A stretch of 63,958 bases of DNA, counting the filler, from Klebsormidium nitens (lineage: Eukaryota > Plantae > Klebsormidiophyceae), in the NCBI GenBank assembly GCA_000708835.1. It is 6 parts of 6 records of this genome, joined end to end, with 100 filler letters (N's around TTAATTAATTAA, not from the genome) between each part and the next. Parts side by side here need not be neighbours in the genome. Positions count along the whole stretch, not along the records: positions 20,691 to 52,505 come from DF237750.1; 5 more parts are not named here. One strand, given 5' to 3'. The position numbers and the translations under genes were made by a program. Position 1 is the stretch's first letter. Each line of letters opens with the position of its first letter. Shown one piece after another: positions 34,079 to 45,576 of the stretch. Below the pieces are notes generated by a model. It was given only the letters and a program-made list of their open reading frames with translations. It was not told the origin of the DNA and ran no database searches.

Positions 34079-37000
34079 ATGGGGCTGCAGATGAGGGGCC
34101 GGTTCCTGCCAGATCTGATGGCCTTCGACAACGACTCAGAGGAGACGGAGGTCATGCTGAGTCAGGCTGACAGCAGCGATGGCTCAGACTTCCCCGGCTA
34201 CTCCTCTAGCACCGCCAGCCACAGTCGAGCGCAGAGTTACTCCTCCGGGGGGGGTCCCCAAGAGTTCTCGGCCAGGGGTACGGACACCCCCCCAGAAGAA
34301 GGGTTTGAGGGATTGGAGACGGTGGAGGGAGTGGCCCATTTTCTGCAGACATATTGCAGTCCGTCGAGTCTCATGCACGCGCAGCGGATGATAGCGCATT
34401 TCAACGATGCGTACGAGCTCGGCACTATGTCGCTGCCTGACGAGGTGAGGGCCAAAGGGGTGCCATGTCAGCGTCATGTCAGCGAGCTGTTGGTGGTGGC
34501 ACATTATGCATATGGAGCAAGTTGTTCAAAAGCAGAAGGTTTCATGAAAGTTTGCTGTTTTGAGAGCTGTGTGTGGTTGATAAGTAACTTTTCAGCACAA
34601 AACCTCATTGGAGCTGCCGCGTTGGAAGCAAGTTGTGTGGACAGTGAAAGAGTTGAGCAGTCTGGCTGGGTTTCTCAATACAGGTCCCTTTCATGAGTTG
34701 TGCATAACAGATACAGGGAGGTCTTACTGATTGAGAAACCTGCTATGTCACCGAAGTTATAACAGGGCTGCCTCGATTTTGACGAACTTTACACTTTGCA
34801 GTTCCGAATTGAAGCCTGGCGGGGCACTGTGAAGCGCATTGCACGGACGCTGGGGGACAGTTTGCTCGAGACTAACCAGGGTTTGGCCAAGCTGTGTAGG
34901 GTGAACATGGAACGGACACAGCAGGTGAGGAGGCAAGCCGGTTGGGTCAATTGGGTCTCAACGCTTGAATTCATTATGCATCCGGCAGTAGTCCTGTCAT
35001 GGGACTCTCTGGTTGTTTGTTTCTTCTTCTGCTTGAGTTGACCAGCTATTATGGGGCAAAAGGCCGAGGTTTATTTGCCGTAGGAGAGATTGCTTTTTGA
35101 TCACCACATTGTGGGGGTATTTGAGAGAGCAGCTCAACCACTGGGGGGGCTTTGTCCAGCGGTTGCCTGTCCTACAGGCGTTGGCTCTTGCTGGTGCCCG
35201 AATTTTACCAGGTTTCATGATCCGAAGCCAACCCTGTCAGTAAGACTAGAGGCCCATTAAACAGGGAGGGCTAACCTCGCACTGTCTTGGGAAAGTTGGC
35301 TTTAAGCAATATGATGACTGGCAGTCTTCCTTTGACGAGTCCGTAAGAGCCAAGAGCAACAGGAAGGATCCCGCATTCTGTAGTTCAGCAACAAAAAGCC
35401 CCCAATGTGATGGCACCTAAGGGGGGAAAGTAACAAATAAAGGGGTTGGGGGGGTAAACAAAGGGGAGAATGACTGAGAAGAATATCATGATGCAGGTCC
35501 ACCTGGCATCGGAAACGTGGGTCCTTGCTCATCTGCATGACAAGCTGGTCGACGGGTTGGCGGGCATGGTCGCTGCACGGGAGGCGGACGTCAAAAGCAT
35601 GCTGGCTAAGCTCGACAAGGTGGGTTGTCCCTTTTTGAGGTTTTGCAGTTTTGGGGGTTTTTTGTGGGAGAGTGCACCCCACCGGTTTGTCGTGTGTTCA
35701 GCTTATGCTGTGGTTTACCTGGTTGGATTCGCTTGAGGAACTGCAGTTGGGCGTTTGGAGGGGCATGCACTTGGCTTGGAGAAACGTTTCACTAGAATGA
35801 GTCCTGCGTGAATGGAATGGATCAAGATAGCGCGTCAAAACATATACGCGCTCCGTAGATCAACTTTTGAAAAGTGACTCGGTGAGCAGGATGTTTTGTT
35901 TTTACTGGTTCGATGTCTGAAGCTGACGCAAACGCGCTTTCTCTTTCCAGCTGCCCACGAGCGTCCTGGGAGTGACTGAGGAGTACGAGGATGCGGTCTT
36001 GGGCGATGCGGTCTTGCAGTTTCAGTCTCTACCTCTAGCCAGGAGCCCCCTTGAAAAGGCAAGCGCACTCTCTTGCATCTCCTGGTATCGATCTAGCTCT
36101 TTTTGACCAACCCCCTAATATTTTAGAGACCAAGTGTAGACTTGTCAGTCTGTTGTTCAGTGTAGTTTAGTGACGCTAGAACCAGGAGGTTGCTCGCAAA
36201 GAGCTGTATCCACGGTCAACAACCAGGGGGCTTCCTGCCCTTCAGTTCCTTTCACCCTTCAGCTTCTTCCTGACGCGATCCTTGTGTTAGTTTCGATTCG
36301 CTCTTTCGTCTCTTTTGCCATGTCTCCCTACCTCTTCATTTCTCCAGTCGGGCGCCGGTTCCGAACTCAAACCCATCTGGACGTGACTTTCCTGTCTCGG
36401 CAGTACTCCCATTGACTCGGTTTGTCCGGACTCAGGTGGCCCAGATAATGGCAATCTTACTGTCCCTTTTAGTCTCTGCCCGTGATATTCACCTGACAGG
36501 GCACTCCTTCCCGCAATTCGCCTGACGCATCTTTGTCACGCTGTCCAACCGAAAGGCCGCCCAAGTGCGTCATGTGGCGAGGTGTCTGCTTTTCTTCGCT
36601 CCCTAAGGCTCCGTTTGCACATCCATGGCTCCGCTCAAATTGTCAAATCTGCTGTTTGCGAATCTTACGATGTGGCCTGAGCCTTCTTCTCCCCGTAGGC
36701 AGCGGTTCCGTTCGATGCTATCAACCAACTTCCATGTATACTAAGGTCAGCTACAGAACACACCTCAAAACCCCGCACTTATCCTTGAAACCCAAGCCCA
36801 AGTTTATCATCTCCAAGTCTTGACCTCAATTGTCATGCGCTTTACCAAGTACGCGAATGTGACTATCTCCGCAGGCACTCTGCCTGAAGAAGACGGTGAC
36901 GTGCATGCTCGAGGGCATCTCCCGAACAAAGCGAGCGAGCGCGCGCGACGACTTTGTGCCCTGTACCGACGACCTCCTCTCTCTCATGTTGCTGATGCTC

Positions 37001-38722
37001 ACAAAAGCCAAGGTGAGGAAAAGCAGCAGTCTGGGCCCGAAAGTTGTTCGACATCCCCTTCTTTGCTTGGAAATGTGATTGACAACTTGGCCGCCCAACT
37101 TGAATTGGATCTGAGCCAGGTGCGGTACCTGAGTCGTACAATGCTCGCGAGTAGGTGACCGAACGGCATAACTTTTGTAAACGGCTCGTTCGTCAAAGCT
37201 GCCGACCCAACAGAGTTTTGTCAGCGCAGCAGGTGGCCCAGACCAGAGTCGTGCCAAGGCGCTAGCTTTGAGTAGACTTGCAGTAAGGAAGGCTCTCAAA
37301 GCTATGCTTGACGCGTTTGCAAGCCTCAAAAAAGGTTGGAAGGCAGTGCTTCATGTCTCGTCGGCTTCGCTCGTGTCAAGCTTGAGAGAAAGCTGAGATG
37401 CGTGGGGCAAGAAAGTTGCCGACGAGGAAACACCTAGTGCGGAAACTAGACAAGCGGCAAATCAGCCTACCCAATCAGCGAACGCTACTGCAGATTCCGC
37501 GGCTCCTCGCGCAAGCCATGTACATTGAGCACTTTCTCAACCTCCATCTGGACGACGGTCTCACGGGCGAGCTGGGGTAAGCGCACCGGTTTCCCAGTCC
37601 CCCTAAGATCAGTCACGACCCTTGGGATTGATCTCGCTCCGGTTGGATTAATGATTCTTGCTGCTAACACAACTCTTGAGCTTCATCTCGGTTCCCTTGA
37701 TACAAACACCCTTGCTACTGACGCGAATCTTAAGCTCCATCTTGCTTCACTTGAACAAACACTCTTGCCGTTACTCCCCTCTGATCTGGATGACACTTTT
37801 GGGTTCGCTTCCTTGAAAATGACAGCCAAAGCAGGCAGAACGATTGTCACTGACTTTAGCTGCTTCTGGCAAGATTGTTCGTCGGACAACGTGACCTAGG
37901 CTCCACTCAAAGACTCCGTCTCGCTTACTACGCTCCACTTCCTCGGCCCCGGATTGACTTGAGGTCTCCGGAAAGCCATCTGTTTGCAGGGTCCTTCTAA
38001 GAAGGGGGTTGGGATATAGCGAAATGAAGTCCATGTTCTTGTCTCGTTGGTTCCCTCCACAAACGTCGCTTGCCCATTCATGAGAATGCGTACGGTCATA
38101 ACTGAAGGTCGGGATGGGAACACTTAACTCAAAGCTAGGCTGCGGGGCCTCAAACAACGTGCCGCACCCAGATGGGTTCCATCACGGATTGCTTTGGGAA
38201 TGTCATGACTGGCGTGCCTCAAGTTAGGGGGATTCTTTCCGATCGACCTCGTCTTGCGTCTGGCTCCGAGCGTTGTTGTCAAGGCGCGGCTGTTCTTCTC
38301 ATGGGCAGACTGAAGAAGGTCGGACCTCGAGTCGCTCCTTGTGGAAAAGATGCGAAGATGACGGGGCCCCTTCGATCAGATCGTTTCCCTCCTGAAAACG
38401 TGGTGCATCTATTTCCCACTTCTGCAACTGATTTTTCGAGCATTTGCATTGTCAGACTTCCACTCAGCAACGAATCGCTTACAATTCCAGGTACCACCTG
38501 ACCAACCTCCTCGCTGCGTGCGCATACCTTCAAACGGACCAGTGCAAGAGAGTGTCTGAACGGGCCGCGCCATTGACGATCTCCCCCGGGCTCCAAGAGC
38601 CTTCTCGCCATGAGGCGGGGTGGGGCTTCAATGAGTCTCCCATGTCGCCGGACGACACTCCCCCCCACCCAGTGAAAGCACGGCGCCGCCTCGGCTTTCG
38701 GCGAAAATCCTTCGCCAAATAG
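34079..38722 (+). CDS. VPS9-domain Rab GEF-like protein (VARP/ANKRD27-like), about 390 aa; exons 34079-34444, 34802-34924, 35497-35619, 35951-36058, 36875-37012, 37494-37576, 38491-38722
   Basis: Phase-consistent exons give SPLEKALCLKKT, PCTDDLLSLMLLMLTKAKIPRLLAQAMYIEHF and GELGYHLTNLLAACAYL, matching VPS9 helices (VARP from memory: CADDLLSVLLYLLVKTEIPNWMANLSYIKNF...ELGYCLTSFEAA). One GC-AG intron. Start codon uncertain. Confidence 0.85.
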
Positions 38723-39878
38723 GTACTCTGTTCGATGTGTACAAAGTTGATTCGGATACGCTCTCTTCATATAGGCATAAAATGCGTGATCGAGATCCGG
38801 AGGTCGAGCGCCCTGCGAGGCCGGCCGACCATCTGGAGGAAACGTTTTAGTGCATCGATCAAATAATGACAGACAAGGCGGAATTGATATAGATTACCGA
38901 GCGCAATTTGCGAGTTGTAGTATTGGGTATTGAGACAAGAACGTGTATGATAAGTACTCGAGAAGGAAGGCGTCGGGCTCCTTGTAGGAGCTCTTTCAGC
39001 CACTTGTCGTGTAGTGTAGTAGTGTATATTGTCTACTTAGAACTAGTTACATTCAGCAGGTTTATGTTGTAACGGATTGATCCGATCGCATGCAGTTCAT
39101 ACGGCAGTTGATTGAATTGGATGCTCAGCCGCCAGGTTTGTCCGATAATGCCATGTGATCTGACGCAAGGTTGATTGATTCTGATCAAACCTGAAACTTG
39201 CCCGGCCCGGGCAGGCGCAGCTCAGATCGGATCATGCGCAGATTCCAATCCAATCAGCAGATTGATCGACTTGAGTGACTACATAAGTCAGACTATATAT
39301 ATAGAATGCTCCACTAAATGTATGTTATACTATAGCTATACAGCCTAGCCATACAACCGCATGCATGGCCTTCTATAGGATCGACCGCGCATATGCAAAT
39401 TATATGCTGGCACGCACTTGCATGATCAAAATGACGCGCCGCGCCTCGGCGCCATGTATATACGCATTTGAACCCACACAAGATCGATCCAGATTTAAAT
39501 ATCTACTTAGTAGCGCGGCTCAAAAAAAACAATCAATTGCAGCTAAGTCCCGATTGTACTCGATCAAGGATGCATCCAATCATGCTCACTGAGTCATGAT
39601 CAACGGCATTAGCCGCAGGTCTGATCGATCGACCTGTCATGCCAAACCGATAGTGTATCATGAACCGGGCATGCCAGTACAACCAATGATACAGTGTTAG
39701 ATTTCTGGAGCGACGTCCTTTACAGGGTCAGACCAACATACAATAGCGCACTGTTAAGCAGACAGAATCATCCTACGACCGACTACAGTTCCGGACCTCA
39801 AATTGCAGTACTACCCGTGACAAACTCGACTCCTCATGGTCAATCACCGATAAACAAGGGGACCTGATCAACCAACAA

Positions 39879-42800
39879 TCACCACACGAACTCGCTGTCC
39901 CCCATTTCCGAGACAGCCGCTGATTCTGGACTCTTCGACTGATCCCCGACAAGGGAGCCCGCTACTGAGGCCTGGCGAGAAGGACGCTTGGGCGGCTCCA
40001 GCGCAAACGGAACACCGCTACCAAAGAGCATTTCGGCTTGCTGCAAGCCTAACCAATCCGTACTCCTCTGCTCGTGACCCTGCTGAGCTGCGGTTTGAGG
40101 GATCTGTTCTAATAGGCCGCTCGTAGTATACATGCTAAGGCTGTCGTGCTGGACATTCGTCGGTGGCAAACTGTTCTCAAGGGCCCCCCCGGAGAACCCC
40201 TGGAAGGAGCCAAACCCCTGCGGCGTATGAGACTGCGCAGCTCGTTGCCTCTGCTCCGAATGGTCAATTCCCATCAGGACAGGGGGGTGGTGGTGCGGCG
40301 CGTGTTGCCCCCCCGGCAAATGAGTGTGGAACGCGCCGTCGATGCCGACTTCTTCCAGGGGGGTAACTGGCCTTGGAAATTGAACCGCTGCCTCGCCCCC
40401 CCAGTGCTGTCCATCCAGCCCGTCCAACGCATCTAAAGAAAAGGAATCCAAGGGGTTCCCGAACTGCCCCCCCCCCTTCTCCACAACGTGCTCGCCCCCC
40501 TCCGAAAACAATCCCGCAAAGATGTCGTTCGGGTAGTGCAGGGGCAACAGATCCGGGCTCTTGAAGATGTCGTGGGGGGGTGCGTGCGGCCCCGCTTCTC
40601 CGTGCGCCTCCCCCCCCAGCCGCGCCTCCCACTGCCGAAGCTCCGACTTCATCAGCCCCCCGTTCTCGTTCCGGGGGGCTTCCCTGCCGCCCCCCACGCC
40701 GCCTTCCTCCACCTTGAAGGCGCACGACGCCTGGTGCGCGTTGCGCGCCGCCCGGTTCGGGAACGCGTTCCACGCTTCGTGCCGGGGGCACATGATATAC
40801 TGGCACGTGAACAGCAGCGTCCCCCCCGAATGCGGCTGCTCGCCTGGGGACGCCCGCTTCCTTGGCCCCAGGGGGGGGCTCGCGATGCTCACGCTGCTGC
40901 TGTTCGCCACCCCCCGGTTGCCATGGTCCAACACGCCGAGCCCAGTTCGGGGGGACGCTTTCTCCCCTTCGTCCTCCCCCGGAAGAGACGTGATGACGAG
41001 GGGGGGGCTCGGTTTCGCCGGCCCTTCCACGTCATAATCTTCGGCAGAGCCTTCCCCGCTGACCATCATCGCCGGCCCCGGCCCGTGGTGGCCCCCCCCG
41101 CCGTTTTGGGCGCCTTCCTGAGCGAGGACGGCGAGCCACGTGGCGCTCTCCCGTGCGGTCATCTTGTCCTGGAGGCCCTTGGACTGCTGCACGAGCTTGC
41201 GCACCTTGGAGATGTCGGGGGCCATGTGCTTGATCACCGCGGTCAGCACGCCCACCTTCCACGCCTTCTTCAGGTTGTGGGGCTTCCTGCAAGTCGGGAA
41301 AAAATGGATCAGGTCGGGTTAGGTCAGAGCGCAAACCAGATTGAGTTGATTGAACGATGACGACGGTCAGCATGCCCACCATCATGCCATTTCCTTTCAG
41401 GTCGTGGGGTTTCCTGCAGGCCGGGTTTGGTTATTCCAAGTTTCGGTCAAGTCTATCATGAAAGGTCAAGTTAGGATGGATACCATTCAAAATAGGCCGG
41501 ATTGTGTTAGGGTGATTTGGCTAAGCGTAAGTTGAGGTGATCATGGTCTTGGTCGGCACGCCCCTTCCACGCCCTTTTCAGCTGCGGGTCGGATTGCGTT
41601 GCATAAGGTCAGGTCAAGTGAAACTGCAAGAGGTCAGGTCAGAAACCGACTTCGAAGCAAACGAATGTCATGCATGCATACCATCCAAGTCGTCTTGAGG
41701 TTGTGGCGCTTCCTGCAGGTCGGGCTAGGTCAGTTAAACTTGGGTTAAGTCAAGATGAGATATTCTTAGATGACGTGACTACTTTCTGAGTTCATTTTCA
41801 AAGTCAGAATGAGATTATCTCAGATTAGATCGGGACAATCAAGGGTGGTGGCAACCAGCATACCCGGCTTACACGCATTCTTCAGCTCGGCCATTTTTGC
41901 TGGTCACGTTCAATTGGATCGAAGTATCTGAGAAAGATCAAACCTAGGTTGACTCGGGCCAGAGGAGAGTGTAAAGGTTGGAGCCTATCTTTCAAGCAAT
42001 TTGTAGAATCTTGATACTAAGAATTCCAAAACCTGGAAGAATATTAGGCTTCATATGCAAAAAACAGTGGAGATGTAAGATATGAGAAAGAGGAAGACAT
42101 GAACAGCTATCCAAGAGCCTCAAAGCTTAAGATCGTGGGCGTTCATTGGTCTGAAGGACAGGGAAGCAGAGCAATGGCATTTCAGACAAAGGTGGTCATA
42201 TTGTCAAAGGTCATTACATGAACCTTAGGCAAACGAAAAATGGGGAAAGGATGACGTGCAGAGGGTTTACAGAAAAACGGGTTAAGATCCCGGGAGCCCT
42301 GATTCATATTTTCGTACATGAAAAAAATGCTGCGTCTTCTTTTTGCCGCTTGCCAATGTTGATATGAAAAGGCAATCCCTGATGCGACAGACTTCAGCAA
42401 GCTAGCTATCCCTATCCTGCAAACCCTCCCATCTCAAGCCTGGTGTGCACACATCAACCACCCCCAAGAGAAGCGGCACTTCAACTTGTCACATCCACCT
42501 GCTTCTGTTTGTTTTACCTCCTCGACCTCTTAAACGACTTGACACGGAGAGGAAACTGGTAATTAACGAGCATAAGGAGCTGATAAATCTATGAAACAAA
42601 CAAAAGCATCCTGCAGATTTATCAATGCCATCACAAACTGCCCTAAAGCCGCATGCAAACCCCTCACCTATACGGCGGGGGTCCCGACCCCGGGGGCAGC
42701 CCGACCTGCGGCCACCACTCCTCCTCCCCGGTCGGCCACCAGGGGGGCGCCACCTCCTTCTCGAGCGGATACCTCCGCTGGGGGGGGGTGCAATGCTGCA

Positions 42801-45576
42801 TCAGCGCCGACAGCAGCGACCCCAGAGTCGTGTCCTGGAGTTCTGCGAGACTGCTGGGAGTGGGGGCCGGGGGGGACTGGGGATTGGGACCCCCCCACTG
42901 GGAAGCGTGCTCTGCTGCATACTTAGCGGCGGCGGCAGGGCCGTTGCGGTCGAAGCGGACCTTGTCTTTCCACCAGGCGCGGAGGTTCTCGGAGGCGCCC
43001 CCCACGGGCTTGCCTTTCTCGGGGATGATGCCGTACACAAACCCTTGCGCCTTGTAGACCTCCATCATCTGTGGGGGGGAGGTGAGGAGTGTGTGTGAGA
43101 AGCAGGGGAAATGAGTGAAATTTTTTGAGGCAATGACTAGTAAACAAGAGCAAGCTTTGCTCTTTGTAGACCTCCATCATGTGAGGGGGGGGAGAATGAA
43201 ACCACGTCTGAGAAGCAGGGGTAATGGGTGAAAGTGAATATGTAACCTTGATAAATAAACAAGTAAGCCTTGCGCCTTTGTAGACCTCCATAATGTGAGA
43301 TCGGGGCACAGAAGAGCACGTGTGAGAAGCAGGGGTATTTTGGGGAGGAGAATCTGCACCCTTGATACATGAAGCCTTGCGCATTATAGGACTCCATCAT
43401 TTGAGAGGAGGGAAGGGGAGATGGAGAGCATGTGTGAGAAGCAGGGCCAATGTCTGACAAAGAATGCACCATTGATAAGTAGACCAGCACAAGATGCCTT
43501 TGAGTGGTCCAGAACAGCTGCTGGGACGAAAGGCGCAATGCTGTTCCCCAGGGAATCGGAGTTTGGGGGACGATGATGTGACATGTTTGTACAAAGACAA
43601 GGCTCAAAGGGAAAAGCCTGGCTTGATTCTGCTGACTTGCATGGAATCTCTTTTGGCATGGCGCAGCATGGTCAGATCTGCTGGCTCCTGCATATATTTG
43701 TCATTAATGCTACCTCACTGCAGGCAACGTAAGCTTATGTGTACTCCTGGGGGGCTTGACATGGACGACAATGGATGCAGACCTTGCAGCAGATATTCCT
43801 CATACCTTGCAGATATTCTTCAAGCAAAGGAAGAAGAAGGGGGAAACCTCATTACAACAGTCAAAAATCTGGTCCTGGGCATGCAGGGAAGGCGTGAGCA
43901 AGTAATGATTGTTTGCCAGGTCAACCAGAGTTGGACCTTGTCAGCAGCATCATGTCCTTCCTTGTTTGAGGGGCAAACCTATATCCAAAGGCCCCCCTTG
44001 AACATATCGAATATGATGAGTTGTTTGAGTGAAGCTTCTCCAAAAAGGATAAAGAAATCACACATAGGCCCAAGGATATTGACCGAGAGGGTTAACCATT
44101 ATCATCGCTGCCTGAGAGCCAGAGGAACAAACATCTTGATCGAATTTCAAAAATGGAGGAGAAAATGACCTGAAAATGAAACAAGAGGCCTCAGTCCAAC
44201 CAGAATAACCTACAAACATATTTCAAGAGAATATGCATTAACGAGAGAGGTGAGAGAGATAGAGATAGAGGTAAGAGTGATAGAGTCCTGTCATCTCTTC
44301 TAATTAGTAGACATGATAGGATAAAGGTTTTGGAGAAAAGATTTAAGGAGACAAGAGTTCCTCGATGCTAGGATGTAGTACTAGAAAGGGGAGAGGACAT
44401 CTACTTCGATCAGGATCTGAGACGGGAAAATGAGTCCAAGAGACAGGTCAGGTCTATCCAGGAAGTTGTGTTGCCTGGCATGCAAGGTGAAGGTCAAAGA
44501 GCAGCAAACCAGAGGCAAGACCTTGAGTCTTTCCGGAAAAGCCGTCCATTACAAGGACTCCATCTCAAAAGCTGGCAATCCACATTTAACAGCGATTAAG
44601 GTGGACACTTGCAAGACTAGAAGAGATTGCTTGTTCACAGACATATGGATGAGAAATGGCTGGAAATCAAGCATGGAACTACCGTGACTGTCTCGAAAGA
44701 AACCAAGCTCAGACAGGCATGCCTGGCCCCAAGGGACAGGTTGCATACGCTAAGATACAGCGCAAGAAGGGGACAAATCAATTGAGCAAGTGGGGGAATC
44801 CTTCAGATGCTAGTGCTATTAGACTACTCAATGTAGAAAAGTCTGAGATAATCCACCTTCCAATAATTTCTGGTGTGCTGAACCTTAACTGCACTTCAGA
44901 AGGTTGAGAAACACGAACGTGTTTGGATCCGGGACAAACTCTTCAAAAAACTTTACAATCTGGGGAATACTCAAAAAGCCAGAATGCGGATCCCCCTCTG
45001 GAAAATATTTGGAATAAAATGTTTGAACTTCTGTCACTAGCTCAAATTGTCCTCATCCGCAAGTACTCCCCCAAGCAGATTCGTTCTCCTTCAGATTCTG
45101 AAGGACCCTGAATTTCAACCTGAGCATGTAGGGTACTTAGGAATCTCACTGATTAGAGTGTCTTTTCTTGAGATGCTGAAGTAATTAAACATGCCAGCAA
45201 ACGATGCTGAAGTAGCTTGAATTCTCACCTTGAGCATGTACTTCAGTATCTCATCGTGCGCCCGCGACATCTGCTTCCTGCGCGCCTGCTCCTGCGACTG
45301 CTTCTGCTGGGGCTTCTCGTCGGCTCCCTCCTTGCGCCTCAGCCTCTCTTTGAGCCGCCGCAGCTTCCACATGTCTCGCCACATCCGCCGCTCCAACCCC
45401 TCCACATCCACCTCGTCATCGCTGACCTCGTCGTCCTGAAGGCTAGCATCCAGCATGTCTGCGATATCCACTGTGCTCTGCTCGCCGCACTGCTCCCCAA
45501 CGTTTGCAGCCAGAGACTTCAGCCACTCCCCTTCAAGAGTACTCGCGCGACGCTTCACGTCTTGCCCTTGAGCCAT
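39879..45576 (-). CDS. EIN3: Ethylene-insensitive 3 / EIL transcription factor, about 718 aa; exons 45229-45576, 42668-43068, 39879-41286
   Basis: ERRMWRD, ILKYMLK|[52 protein letters not shown]|[21 protein letters not shown], and the C-terminal TC...HQASC motif. Phases consistent. Confidence 0.97.
41356..41890 (-). repeat. Four decayed copies of the EIN3 exon-3 start in intron 2
   Basis: Copies at about 41356-41420, 41536-41590, 41675-41720 and 41850-41890 align to GAAGCCCCACAACCTGAAGAAGGCGTGGAAGGTGGGCGTGCTGACC. Confidence 0.85.
43035..43500 (-). repeat. ~113-bp tandem array made of the EIN3 intron-1 acceptor plus exon-2 start
   Basis: Anchor tgagaagcaggg at 43096, 43209, 43323 and 43435. 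Each unit contains an ATGATGGAGGTCTACAAGGCGCAAGG-like exon sequence. Confidence 0.95.

Noticed and set aside
40488-41360. 290-aa + strand ORF
   Set aside because: Antisense shadow of GC-rich EIN3 exon 3
43700-44900. Possible LINE/RNase H remnant in EIN3 intron 1 (GHDAADK)
   Set aside because: A single short motif with no other RT/RNase H signatures
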